Shown: positions 25,714 to 35,060 of the stretch, one piece after another | Layout: every line of letters begins with the position of its first letter | Numbering within the stretch: the first letter of the stretch is position 1 | NCBI GenBank assembly: GCA_012511085.1 | Contig: JAAZGU010000008.1 | Location: forward strand, 1-35,211 | DNA from: Erysipelothrix sp. | GTDB lineage: Bacteria; Bacillota_I; Bacilli_A; Erysipelotrichales; Erysipelotrichaceae | Direction of reading: 5' to 3' | DNA: 35,211 nucleotides | Notes under the pieces: generated by a model | What the model was told of the DNA's origin: nothing | What the model saw: the letters and a program-made list of their open reading frames with translations, nothing else | The model's database searches: none | Made by a program: the position numbers and the translations under genes

Positions 25714-26333
25714 CGCGTGTGTTAGTTGTTGATGATCAACGAACGGTTAGGCAATATTTAGAGACAATCATTGATGCCTCGCAACGCTATCATTTGGTGG
25801 CAGCGATTGAAAGTGCTTTTATGGCAGAAATGTATTGCGTTAACCACGATGTCGACTTAATTTTGATGGATGTGTACACTGCACATCGTGAAAGTGGTTT
25901 ACAAGCCGCTCAAGAAATTAAAGAAAAATACCCGCATGTCAAAATCATCATTATCACATCCTTACCTGAGCATAGCTTTATTAAAAAAGCACGTGAAATA
26001 GGATGTGAGAGTTTTTGGTACAAAGATACCAGCGATTTGAGTTTATTGGAAGTTATGGATCGTACCATGGCAAATGAGTCGGTGTATCCTTTGGAGACTC
26101 CGATTTTACAAATTGGTAATGCCCAAAGTGATGAATTCACCAAACGCGAGTTGGAAGTGCTCCGTCACTTGGTTGCGGGTTTAACGCAACAAGAGATAGG
26201 CGAGCAACTTTTCATTTCCCATTCAACGGTTAAATACCACATCAACAGCATTCTTTCAAAGAGTGGTTACCATAACACGGTGCGCCTTTTAATTGATGTG
26301 GCCGAACAAAAGTTTATTATTCCTGATTTTTAA
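25710..26333 (+). CDS. Response regulator, NarL/LuxR family
   Basis: Canonical receiver (VVDDQ, LILMDV, IIITS, FWYKD) plus a LuxR HTH (ELEVLRHLVAGLTQQEIGEQLFISHSTVKYHINSIL). ATGA overlap with the kinase stop. Confidence 0.9.
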   Translation: MTRVLVVDDQRTVRQYLETIIDASQRYHLVAAIESAFMAEMYCVNHDVDLILMDVYTAHRESGLQAAQEIKEKYPHVKIIIITSLPEHSFIKKAREIGCESFWYKDTSDLSLLEVMDRTMANESVYPLETPILQIGNAQSDEFTKRELEVLRHLVAGLTQQEIGEQLFISHSTVKYHINSILSKSGYHNTVRLLIDVAEQKFIIPDF

Positions 26334-26347
26334 AATCAAGTTTAAAT

Positions 26348-26377
26348 AAAACCTATCCTTTTGGATAGGGTTTTTTT
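26348..26377 (+). terminator. Terminator of the two-component operon, which is also copy B of the 29-bp hairpin element
   Basis: AAAA, CCTATCC (26352-26358), loop TTTT, GGATAGG (26363-26369), G, then TTTTTTT (26371-26377). Confidence 0.75.
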
Positions 26378-26447
26378 ATGTTTTTTTTGATAGACTAACT
26401 TTAGTGAGCAGTTATTTAACCCTAATTTGAAAGCGAGGTGTTAAACC

Positions 26448-26828
26448 TTGAAACAAGTCGTAGTAAGCATTCCAAATTCATTGCTTGCGGGGGGTCTTTG
26501 TTTGCATTTAAAAGATAAACATCAACTTAATGTTGTCACGCAACAGCGCCAATCAGAAATTCTGGCGACGTGTTTGGAAGTTAAAGCAGATATTCTGTTA
26601 GCGGAAGTGCGCGATTATCCGCCACTGACAATTATGGATTGGGTTAAGCATCATCAAGAAATTGTGAACCATTTACCGAACTGCAAGTTAGTCGTTATTG
26701 TCGATGAAAATAGTAGCCCGGAAGCTTCACTTGCGGTTAAGGAGGCAAAGAAAAAAGGACACCTGCATATGTTTTTCTTCAGTAGCGTGTCCGGTGAATA
26801 TTTAAGTGCTGTGCTTGAGAGTTTATAA
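26448..26828 (+). CDS. Stand-alone receiver-like protein with all phospho-chemistry residues substituted (pseudo-receiver)
   Basis: TTG start 7 nt behind GAGGTG (26435-26440). By-eye alignment to the neighbouring receiver gives VVVSIPN vs VVDDQ, DILLAEV vs DLILMDV (Asp to Glu), KLVVIVD vs KIIIITS, and MFFFSS vs FWYKD (Lys lost). It has an alternating beta-alpha pattern over 126 aa. Confidence 0.45.
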   Translation: MKQVVVSIPNSLLAGGLCLHLKDKHQLNVVTQQRQSEILATCLEVKADILLAEVRDYPPLTIMDWVKHHQEIVNHLPNCKLVVIVDENSSPEASLAVKEAKKKGHLHMFFFSSVSGEYLSAVLESL

Positions 26829-26859
26829 GTGGATGCAGCAATAATACATACCATCGACT

Positions 26860-27393
26860 TTATTTTTTGAGGGTTGCGAAATAAGCGATGGGCGCGTTGA
26901 GTACACCAGGGTAGGTGTATTGTTTTTTAATATGAACATGATCTTGCAACCAGTTGTATACAGCATGTGCTTCCTGCTTGCCATGTGGATGACCTGTATA
27001 AACGGTAATGCATAACCAACCATCATGTTTTAATAATGTTTTCGCATGCATAAGTGCTTGAATCGTAGTCCCTTGTTTGGTGGTTGAACTGCGATCACCA
27101 CCTGGTAGATAACCACAATTAAACACAACCCCATCAAGGGGTTCCTTGATATGGTGTAGCATGTTTTCATGACCATCTAAAATTAAAATGACGTTGGTTT
27201 GATGTTGCACTTTGTGCTTGGTGTTGGCATAAGCTTGAGGGTTGATATCAAAAGCGTAGACCCTGTGGGCGTGTTCACTTAGAAACAAGGTGTCGTGGCC
27301 ATTACCCATGGTCGCATCAACAACAACACTTTTTGGTGTCAAAACATCCAGTAACCACTGATGCGTTATGACGTTGATGTTAGTATGACGCAT
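26860..27393 (-). CDS. mnmM: Class I SAM-dependent methyltransferase, YtqB/MnmM type
   Basis: VVDATMGNGHDTLFLS and VYAFDIN SAM-binding motifs, about 177 aa. It overlaps and follows the ytqA-like gene, as in B. subtilis ytqA-ytqB. Confidence 0.7.
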   Translation of the reverse strand: MRHTNINVITHQWLLDVLTPKSVVVDATMGNGHDTLFLSEHAHRVYAFDINPQAYANTKHKVQHQTNVILILDGHENMLHHIKEPLDGVVFNCGYLPGGDRSSTTKQGTTIQALMHAKTLLKHDGWLCITVYTGHPHGKQEAHAVYNWLQDHVHIKKQYTYPGVLNAPIAYFATLKK

Positions 27394-28327
27394 GGTATTT
27401 TCCTTGGTAGGTGTTGCGTTTCACCATTTCTTTATCAAGGTTATTAAGCACTACGCGTTTTTTAATGGTCCATAAGGGGCCGATTAAATCATCGACCAAA
27501 CCATCACCAGTTAAGCGATGAATGACCATTTCTGGTGGCAGGACTTCCAATTGCCCAATCACAATGTCAATGAATTGTTCCATACTCAACAAATCAAAGG
27601 GGTTTTTCAAATAATCGTTCGCCATTTTCGTGCCTTTCAATAAATGCAACATGTGGATTTTAACCCCTGCCACCGGTTGTCGAGCAACCCATTTGGCACT
27701 TTCTAGCATCATAGCTTTATCTTCATAGGGTAAGCCATTGATGAGGTGCAAGACCACATCAAATTGTTTGGTGGCGCACTGTTTTAGAATCTTTTCAACC
27801 ACATCGAGACCATGACCACGATTGATAATCTGATTGGTACGTTCATGGATGGACTGCACCCCAATTTCAATGGTAGTTGGCTTGCCGCGCGCTTGTTGAT
27901 CAAAGTAGGCGATGGTTGCATCGCTTAAACAATCAGCGCGTGTGCCTAAGGCAACCCCAAGGTTATCGTATTGATTCTCATAAAAAGGATCATAGATGAT
28001 TTTAAGGGTGTCCAGGGCCGCGTAGGTGTTGGTGAAAGCTTGAAAATAAGCGATAGGCTGCCCCTGCGGCCACTTGCGCAACATGATTTGTTTTTGATGC
28101 TCGTATTGCTTGTTGAGGGCAACACTGGCGTTTAAGGTGAAGTCGCCGCTGCCACGAATTGAACAAAAGGTGCAACCGCCCACGCCATTTTTGATATGCG
28201 GGCACGAAAAACCAGCATCCAACACCACTTTAAAAACTTTGTTGTTGAACTTCTTTTTGTAGTGGTAATTTAAGGTGTGGTAGCGCTTGTTGTCATCGCT
28301 GTATTTAAAAGGATTGCTTTTAATCAT
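27380..28327 (-). CDS. ytqA: Radical SAM protein, TIGR01212/YtqA family
   Basis: DAGFSCPHIKNGVGGCTFCS has the family-specific Cys cluster context. The protein is 315 aa. Confidence 0.85.
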   Translation of the reverse strand: MIKSNPFKYSDDNKRYHTLNYHYKKKFNNKVFKVVLDAGFSCPHIKNGVGGCTFCSIRGSGDFTLNASVALNKQYEHQKQIMLRKWPQGQPIAYFQAFTNTYAALDTLKIIYDPFYENQYDNLGVALGTRADCLSDATIAYFDQQARGKPTTIEIGVQSIHERTNQIINRGHGLDVVEKILKQCATKQFDVVLHLINGLPYEDKAMMLESAKWVARQPVAGVKIHMLHLLKGTKMANDYLKNPFDLLSMEQFIDIVIGQLEVLPPEMVIHRLTGDGLVDDLIGPLWTIKKRVVLNNLDKEMVKRNTYQGKYHASY

Positions 28328-28374
28328 GCTTGCTCACTTTCCACTGATATTTTAACACAATTGTGGTGGTTGCA

Positions 28375-28403
28375 TTGACAGAAATCGCTTGATATCTTAT
28401 TAT
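28375..28403 (+). promoter_or_regulatory. Candidate sigma-A promoter of the leuS leader
   Basis: TTGACA (28375-28380), a 17-nt spacer, then TATTAT (28398-28403). Confidence 0.45.
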
Positions 28404-28404
28404 T

Positions 28405-28613
28405 ATCTAAGATGCGATGAAAAGAAGTAGTAGTAAGTTTAAACCCTTCAGCGAGTCGATGGTTGGTGAAAATCGATGGGGGCAGCTTATGAACTCGTCT
28501 TGGAGCAAAGGATGATACCTTCGTGAATCTGCGTTAATGATATGAGGGCATAGCGATGGCTATGAACTAAGGTGGTACCGCGTGAATACGTCCTTAGAGT
28601 GGGCGTTTTTTTT
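28405..28613 (+). promoter_or_regulatory. T-box riboswitch leader (Leu-specific) with terminator
   Basis: Stem I elements are present: GCGATGAAAAG (GA motif), AGCGAG bulge and distal hairpin TCGAT-GGTTGGTGAAA-ATCGA. The T-box sequence AAGGTGGTACCGCG is at 28569-28582. The terminator is ACGTCC (28588-28593) paired with GGGCGT (28601-28606) plus a T8 run to 28613. Leu codons CTT (28486-28488, followed by A) and CTC (28494-28496) lie on the 3' side of stem I. Confidence 0.85.
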
Positions 28614-28630
28614 ATGATTAGGAGGATACG

Positions 28631-31024
28631 ATGGAATACAACCATAAGAAGATTGAAAAACAGTGGCAACAATATTGGGATGAAAACCAGTCATTCTATA
28701 CGAATGTTTTGGATTTTGAAAAAGAGAAACTTTATATTTTGGATATGTTTCCATATCCATCTGGCAATGGTCTGCATGTTGGGCATCCGCGTGGTTACAC
28801 AGCTACGGATGTGCTAGTGCGTAAAAAACGCATGGAAGGCTACAACGTGTTGCACCCCATGGGTTGGGATGCTTTTGGATTACCAGCCGAACAATTTGCG
28901 CTACAAACCGGCAACCCACCAGCCGCGTTTACTAAGCAAAACATTGAGACATTCAAACGGCAAATCAAATCATTGGGGCTTTCCTATGATTGGAGCAAAG
29001 AAATCTCAACAACTGATCCCGAATATATGAAGTGGACGCAATGGATTTTCTTACAGCTACACAAAAAAGGCTTGGCCTATGTTGAAAACATGCCTGTTAA
29101 CTGGTGTCCGGAATTAAAAACAGTGCTGGCTAATGAAGAAGTAATCAACGGCCGTTCTGAACGTGGCAATCACCCCGTGTATCGGATTTTGATGCGCCAA
29201 TGGGTATTGAGGATTACAGAATATGCGCAACGTCTCTTGGATGATTTGGAGCTTGTGGATTGGCCTTCATCCACAAAAGAGATGCAAATCAATTGGATAG
29301 GTCGTAGCGAAGGGGCCAACGTTATCTTTAAGATCGATGGTCATGATAAAGAGTTTACAGTTTTTACGACCCGCTCCGATACTCTTTTTGGAGCGACGTA
29401 TTGTGTGTTAGCACCTGAACATCCTTTTGTTGCGGACATTACAACCCCTGAGAACAAAGATGCGGTGGCAGCCTATTTGGAAGAAATTCAAACCAAATCG
29501 GACCTGCAACGCACAGAATTAAACAAAGATAAAACCGGTGTCTTTACTGGTGCTTACGCAATTAACCCGGTTAACAATAAAAAAGTACCCATCTACATTG
29601 CGGATTACGTGCTCATCAGTTATGGTACCGGTGCCATCATGGCGGTACCAGCCCATGATAGTCGTGATTATGAATTCGCAAAGAAATACAAGATCGACAT
29701 CACGCCTGTCATTGAAGGCATCGATCCCGAGCTTGGTTATTTTGAAGGGGACGGTCCCCACATCAATTCTGATTTTATCAACGGTTTATCAAATGACAAA
29801 GCGCAAGCAGTCATGAACCAATGGCTTGTTGACAATCAAAAAGGGGAGCCGAAAGTGACCTTTAAATTACGTGATTGGCTCTTTTCACGCCAACGCTATT
29901 GGGGTGAGCCGATTCCAATTATTTTTATGGAAGATGGTACGGAGCGGAGCGTCGCGCTTGAAAATTTACCGCTTGAATTACCAGTTACGGATAATTATCA
30001 TCCATCCGATAGTGGTGAATCACCACTGGCCCATCTTGATGACTGGTTGTATGTTGAAATTGATGGTGTCAAGGGCAAACGTGAAACCAACACCATGCCC
30101 CAATGGGCAGGCTCATGTTGGTATTACATGCGCTTTTTAGACCCTCATAACGACACTGAATTTGCCAGCAAGCAATTGCTTGATCATTGGTTGCCCGTTG
30201 ATTTATACGTTGGCGGGGCTGAACATGCCGTCTTGCATTTGCTTTATGCGCGTTTCTGGCATAAAGTCCTTTATGACTTAGGCTATGTTTCCACGAAAGA
30301 ACCTTTTATGAAACTGTTCCACCAAGGGATGATTTTAGGTGAAAACGGTGAAAAGATGAGTAAGAGTCGTGGAAATGTGCTGAATCCTGATGATTACGTG
30401 GAATCTCATGGTGCCGATACCTTGCGCGTGTATGAAATGTTTATGGGGCCGCTGGAAGCCTCCTTACCATGGAGTGACCAGGGCATGGATGGTGCACGCA
30501 AATGGCTTGACCGTGTGTATCGCTTGATTTTGAAAGAAGACAAGTTGGTTGCTACCAACAACCATCAACTTGATAAAGTCTACCATTACACGGTTAAAAA
30601 AGTGTCTCATGATATCGACACTTTGAATTTAAACACAGCGATTTCGCAAATGATGATTTTTGTCAATGAGGCTTACAAAGCCGACGAATTGTATGTTGAA
30701 TACGCCAAGGGCTTCATTAAGATGTTTTCGACCTTTGCGCCCCATTTAGGCGAAGCCTTGTGGCAACATTTTTCCAAGGAAAACATTACCTATCAGCCAT
30801 GGCCAACCTACGATGAAGCGATGTTGATTGATGAAGAAGTGGAAGTTGTAGTTCAGGTCAACGGTCGCTTGCGGGCGAAGTTGGTGGTTGATGCGGAAAT
30901 TGAAAAAGAAGCACTCATCGAGTTAGCGCAAAACAACGCGAACGTTAGCGTGCATTTGGAAAATAAAACGCTTGTCAAGACCATCGTTATTCCTAAAAAG
31001 ATAGTTAATTTCGTTGTAAAATAA
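28631..31024 (+). CDS. leuS: Leucine--tRNA ligase
   Basis: HVGH ([12 protein letters not shown]) and KMSKS motifs with the CP1 editing domain. 797 aa, SD GGAGGA upstream. Confidence 0.97.
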   Translation: MEYNHKKIEKQWQQYWDENQSFYTNVLDFEKEKLYILDMFPYPSGNGLHVGHPRGYTATDVLVRKKRMEGYNVLHPMGWDAFGLPAEQFALQTGNPPAAFTKQNIETFKRQIKSLGLSYDWSKEISTTDPEYMKWTQWIFLQLHKKGLAYVENMPVNWCPELKTVLANEEVINGRSERGNHPVYRILMRQWVLRITEYAQRLLDDLELVDWPSSTKEMQINWIGRSEGANVIFKIDGHDKEFTVFTTRSDTLFGATYCVLAPEHPFVADITTPENKDAVAAYLEEIQTKSDLQRTELNKDKTGVFTGAYAINPVNNKKVPIYIADYVLISYGTGAIMAVPAHDSRDYEFAKKYKIDITPVIEGIDPELGYFEGDGPHINSDFINGLSNDKAQAVMNQWLVDNQKGEPKVTFKLRDWLFSRQRYWGEPIPIIFMEDGTERSVALENLPLELPVTDNYHPSDSGESPLAHLDDWLYVEIDGVKGKRETNTMPQWAGSCWYYMRFLDPHNDTEFASKQLLDHWLPVDLYVGGAEHAVLHLLYARFWHKVLYDLGYVSTKEPFMKLFHQGMILGENGEKMSKSRGNVLNPDDYVESHGADTLRVYEMFMGPLEASLPWSDQGMDGARKWLDRVYRLILKEDKLVATNNHQLDKVYHYTVKKVSHDIDTLNLNTAISQMMIFVNEAYKADELYVEYAKGFIKMFSTFAPHLGEALWQHFSKENITYQPWPTYDEAMLIDEEVEVVVQVNGRLRAKLVVDAEIEKEALIELAQNNANVSVHLENKTLVKTIVIPKKIVNFVVK

Positions 31025-31026
31025 AA

Positions 31027-31057
31027 ACGGTCAGTCCTTAGGACTCACCGTTTTTTT
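31027..31057. terminator. Bidirectional terminator shared by leuS and the convergent yihY-like gene
   Basis: ACGGTCAGTCC (31027-31037), loop TTA, GGACTCACCGT (31041-31051), pairing at 10/11 positions. It is flanked by A5 and T7 runs and overlaps the last codons of the minus-strand gene. Confidence 0.7.
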
Positions 31058-31849
31058 ATATTGATCCAAAGCATCATTGATTTCAGCACCTAGCAAAATC
31101 ATAATTCCACTAATATAAAGCCATATTAGAAAGACCATGATTGAACCAAAGACACCGTACAAGGAATAGTTTGCGATGTAAGTAACATAAAGTACAAACC
31201 CATAAGATGCGACAATCCAACCAAGCAGTGCAACAAAGGCACCCGGCCAAATGGCACAACCGGGACAGCGCTCCGGTATGACTTTATAAAAGAAAGCCAG
31301 AATCAACAAGATGATAACTCCAGAAATGGCCCAACTTGAGCGACTTAACAACTCAAATAAAGCAAGCAGGTTGGGGAACACGTGTCCCAAAACTGGCAAT
31401 ATGGAAGCACCAAGGATTGGGATGATTAAGAAGACGATAAAAACCAAGCCCAACAACATGGTAAATACTAGCGCTAACAAGCGTTTTTTAAACCAATTCA
31501 TGCGATGTAGTTGATTGTAGGCAACAAGCACACCGGTAATGATTGAATTAAAGGCAGCGCTCGATGCATAGATGGTTCCAATAAAACCAAGTGATAGCAC
31601 CCCAAAGTTTTGGGCAGCGATCGATTGGATATAGTATGTCAACAGGTCCACGACATTGCTTGGTAAGAGCGGTTGAATTACATCAAGTAAATGAAACAAT
31701 TCGACATCAAAATAACCAAGCAAAGCTTGGAGAAAGATGAGCATTGGGAAAATCGCAAGCGCAAAAAAATAAGCTAAGGCGGCCGCTGTGTAGGTAATCC
31801 GATGTTTTTGAAAACGTTGAATTAAATCGATGAGGATGGCTTTAATCAT
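31031..31849 (-). CDS. YihY/BrkB-family membrane protein
   Basis: HRITYTAAALAYFFALAIFPMLIFL is the family signature. It has about 6 TM helices. Confidence 0.8.
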   Translation of the reverse strand: MIKAILIDLIQRFQKHRITYTAAALAYFFALAIFPMLIFLQALLGYFDVELFHLLDVIQPLLPSNVVDLLTYYIQSIAAQNFGVLSLGFIGTIYASSAAFNSIITGVLVAYNQLHRMNWFKKRLLALVFTMLLGLVFIVFLIIPILGASILPVLGHVFPNLLALFELLSRSSWAISGVIILLILAFFYKVIPERCPGCAIWPGAFVALLGWIVASYGFVLYVTYIANYSLYGVFGSIMVFLIWLYISGIMILLGAEINDALDQYKKTVSPKD

Positions 31850-32708
31850 TGTTGGTTTGCCTCAAGGTGTAATGATGAATTTGTGGGTTGGCAAACAGCC
31901 GCATATCAAAACGGGTGGTACCAATCCCATTAGAAACATCCAAGATGATGGTTTCAACCGTTTGTGATTTTGGGTATTGTGTTGCGAATGGTACTTTGTA
32001 GATGGGACCAATCAGCGGCAAGGCAATTTGACCACCATGGCTATGGCCACTTAATTGCCATTGCGTTGGTGTGTTTGTTAGCTCACTGACGATATCAGGG
32101 GTGTGTGAAAGAGTGATAACAAGTTGTTGTTCATCCACATCTTGAAAAGCCTGTTTAATGTCTGGTTGCCCTAAGAGTTGGGAATCCAGTCCCACCAAGG
32201 TGATGGAATCAAATTGTTCATGATAAATTTTTACAGACTCATTCACGAGTAATTGAAAACCACTTTCTTGATAGATGTTGGCGATTAATGATTTCGTCAG
32301 TGATGATTCTAAATCATGGTTGCCGTACACCGCAAATTTACCGAGTGGAGCCAGCAAATTTTTAAACATTGATGTCATGGTTTCAATGGTGGTTTCCGAT
32401 GGGTAGTCAACGGAAGGGTGATCAAATAGATCGCCCCCAAATAAGATAATATCTGGGTTTAAATCATTGATGGTTTCAATGAAAGGCATCAAACGCTCAG
32501 CATCCATGAATTTATTAAAATGCACGTCACTAAAAAACACAAGGGTCTTGTTATCAAACGCTGACGGTAAATTATCAAAGACGCGTGTTTGCACATCAAT
32601 TTCAATGCGACGTACGCTTGCTTGTGTTAGTTCATAGTAAAATAACCCAAGTATCACAAGGGTTACAATTACTAAAAGGATACGTTTTAAAAGTTTTTTA
32701 ATGGTCAT
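31842..32708 (-). CDS. Membrane-anchored metallophosphoesterase (YkuE/YaeI-like)
   Basis: N-terminal TM helix, then FFSDVHF, GGDLFD, GNHD and SGHSHGGQ motifs. Confidence 0.8.
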   Translation of the reverse strand: MTIKKLLKRILLVIVTLVILGLFYYELTQASVRRIEIDVQTRVFDNLPSAFDNKTLVFFSDVHFNKFMDAERLMPFIETINDLNPDIILFGGDLFDHPSVDYPSETTIETMTSMFKNLLAPLGKFAVYGNHDLESSLTKSLIANIYQESGFQLLVNESVKIYHEQFDSITLVGLDSQLLGQPDIKQAFQDVDEQQLVITLSHTPDIVSELTNTPTQWQLSGHSHGGQIALPLIGPIYKVPFATQYPKSQTVETIILDVSNGIGTTRFDMRLFANPQIHHYTLRQTNND

Positions 32709-32713
32709 GATTT

Positions 32714-34435
32714 TTAACCAATCTGTGCTGATTTTTGATTTAAAATAACAGGGATCACAATCGGATTACGATGGGTTTGTTGGTAGAGGAAAGGTTCCAA
32801 GGTACTACGAATCGTGTTTTTGAGTTCCCCAAACGTGGTTTTATGTTGCATTTGTTTCTTAAGGGCTTCATAAACTAAGTTTTCTGCTTCCTTTAATAGT
32901 GGTTGATTTTCTTTAATAAAGACAAAACCACGACTTACAATGCTGGGCTTGACCAAAATTTTATTGGTTTTGGAGTCAATCGATACAATGATGGCGACCA
33001 AACCGTTGTTGGATAAAATCTTACGGTCTTTGATTACCGCGGTTGATAAACCTGAAGCATCGTTACCATCCACATAAACATCGTCTGCGACAATGCGTGT
33101 CTTGGACAAATACGCTTGATGATCGCGTAAAATCACCACATCACCGTTGGAACAAATAAAGATATTTTCGGGTTTGACCCCGGTTTCAATCGCATGATAG
33201 GCGTGTTGCTTAAGCATTTTATATTCGCCATGCACCGGCATGAAGTATTTGGGTTTTAACAACTGCAACATGAGTTTTTGTTCATCCGAAGAAGCATGAC
33301 CAGTAGTATGAATTGAGTTTAAGACAGAATTGGTTAAAACATTTGCACCGGAACGTGTCAGTTGGTTGACCACCTTGTTGACACTGTCACTGTTGCCAGG
33401 AATCGGTGAGCTTGAAAAGACAACCGTGTCACCTGGGATGACTTTGATGTAGCGGTGCGTGCCGTTGGCGATGCGCGATAAAGCCGCAAGTGGTTCACCT
33501 TGGGAACCGGTACTGATGATGCAGAGTTTGTTGGCCGGGATTTGATGCAACTGATCGGGTGTGATGAAGTGGCTATCATCGGCGGTAATGTGTCCTAATT
33601 TACGTGCAATCGAGACCACGTTTTCCATGGAACGTCCAAAGATGATGACTTTACGATCACAAGCAATGGCAGCGTCGATAATTTGACCGACGCGATAGAC
33701 ATTGGAGGCAAAGGTAGCGACAATTAAACGACCCGTGGTTTTGCGGGTGATCTCTAAGATGGACTGTGCCACTTTTTTCTCACTGATGGAAAACCCATCT
33801 ACCCCTGCATTGGTGGAATCACTCATCAAAAGATCAATTCCAATTTGACCCATGTAGGCCATGATTTGATAATCCGAGTTTTCACCAATTGGTGTTAAGT
33901 CAAATTTAAAGTCGCCGGTGTGCACAATCCGACCATTAGGGGTGTTGATTAAGACACCGAGTGTATCCGGAATCGAGTGTACGGTGTTAAAAAATCCGAG
34001 TTTGAAATATTGAGTATCAACTTTCGAACGGTTGTTGATTTCTTCAATTTCAACATCGCGAATAATGCGTCGTTCGCTTAACTTTTTCTCAATGAGACCT
34101 TTTGCGAACTTTGGTGCGTAAATGATGGGCAAGCGCAACACTTGCATCAAAAAGGGGATGGCCCCAATGTGGTCTTCATGGCCATGGGTGATGACCAGCG
34201 CTTTAATTTTATGTTGGTTTTTGATCAAATGATTAAAATCAGGGATGACATAATCAACACCCCACATGGTTTCATCTGGAAACATGACGCCACAATCAAC
34301 AATGATGATTTCATCGTTATGTTCGTAAACGTACATGTTTTTGCCAACCTCATTTAAGCCACCGAGCGCATAAATAAGTGTGTCATCCGCTTGGGTTGAC
34401 GTTGTTTGGTTTAAATTATCACTAATGGTATTCAT
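32714..34435 (-). CDS. rnj: Ribonuclease J
   Basis: Metallo-beta-lactamase/beta-CASP architecture with ITHGHEDHIG, an N-terminus IYALGGLNEVGKNMYV typical of RNase J1/J2, and a C-terminal domain. Confidence 0.93.
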   Translation of the reverse strand: MNTISDNLNQTTSTQADDTLIYALGGLNEVGKNMYVYEHNDEIIIVDCGVMFPDETMWGVDYVIPDFNHLIKNQHKIKALVITHGHEDHIGAIPFLMQVLRLPIIYAPKFAKGLIEKKLSERRIIRDVEIEEINNRSKVDTQYFKLGFFNTVHSIPDTLGVLINTPNGRIVHTGDFKFDLTPIGENSDYQIMAYMGQIGIDLLMSDSTNAGVDGFSISEKKVAQSILEITRKTTGRLIVATFASNVYRVGQIIDAAIACDRKVIIFGRSMENVVSIARKLGHITADDSHFITPDQLHQIPANKLCIISTGSQGEPLAALSRIANGTHRYIKVIPGDTVVFSSSPIPGNSDSVNKVVNQLTRSGANVLTNSVLNSIHTTGHASSDEQKLMLQLLKPKYFMPVHGEYKMLKQHAYHAIETGVKPENIFICSNGDVVILRDHQAYLSKTRIVADDVYVDGNDASGLSTAVIKDRKILSNNGLVAIIVSIDSKTNKILVKPSIVSRGFVFIKENQPLLKEAENLVYEALKKQMQHKTTFGELKNTIRSTLEPFLYQQTHRNPIVIPVILNQKSAQIG

Positions 34436-34451
34436 AGATTCTCTCTTTCAA

Positions 34452-35021
34452 TTATTCAATGATTGTTGTATTTTCTTTAGCAAGCCATGGGTTTTCTTGA
34501 TCAATGTAATCATAAAATAGGATGCCATTGAGATGATCGATTTCATGTTGGAGCACGATCGCTAGATAACCGCTTGCTTTGATTTCAATTTGTTGATTGT
34601 TAATGCAATCGTAAGCGTCAATTCGAACGCGTAAATAACGATGCACGTAACCAGGTTTTGCTTCCAGCACCGATAAACATCCTTCACCGGTTGCTAAAGC
34701 ACTATAAAAGGGTGAGTGCGCAATAATTTTTGGATTCGCCAATGCATACTCAATCAAGGATGATTCACCTTGTTCATCAATGGTTTCAATTTCAACAACG
34801 ATGAGTTGTTTTGAAACGCCAATTTGCGGTGCCGCAAGACCGACCGCTGGTCTTAATTTTTCTTTTTCTGCAAGATCTTCATTTTTTGAATCATGAACGT
34901 ACTTACGCATCGCCATGATTACTTTTTGATCCACTTTTGATAATGGTGTTGTTACAGGTTGTGCCTTTGCTCGCAGCAAAGGATGTGGATCGATAAGGAT
35001 ACTATCCAAGTTAATTTTCAT
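34452..35021 (-). CDS. def: Peptide deformylase
   Basis: GLAAPQIG, EGCLS and QHEIDHL motifs. ATG 35021 (MKINLD) lies 6 nt behind GAGG. The listed start at 35033 is a TTG. Confidence 0.93.
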   Translation of the reverse strand: MKINLDSILIDPHPLLRAKAQPVTTPLSKVDQKVIMAMRKYVHDSKNEDLAEKEKLRPAVGLAAPQIGVSKQLIVVEIETIDEQGESSLIEYALANPKIIAHSPFYSALATGEGCLSVLEAKPGYVHRYLRVRIDAYDCINNQQIEIKASGYLAIVLQHEIDHLNGILFYDYIDQENPWLAKENTTIIE

Positions 35022-35051
35022 TATTAGCCTCAATCTCTTTTGACTCTAAAC

Positions 35052-35060
35052 ATTGTAACA
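35052..35060 (-). promoter_or_regulatory. Candidate extended -10 promoter for def-rnj
   Basis: The minus strand reads TGtTACAAT, about 30 nt upstream of the def start. Confidence 0.3.

Noticed and set aside
22586-26377. The idea that the inverted hairpin copies mark an invertible (phase-variable) segment or an IS/transposon
   Set aside because: There is no recombinase, invertase or transposase in or near the segment. I saw no flanking target-site duplication. The segment carries complete genes with their own promoter region rather than a promoter switch. I kept only the repeat-element observation.
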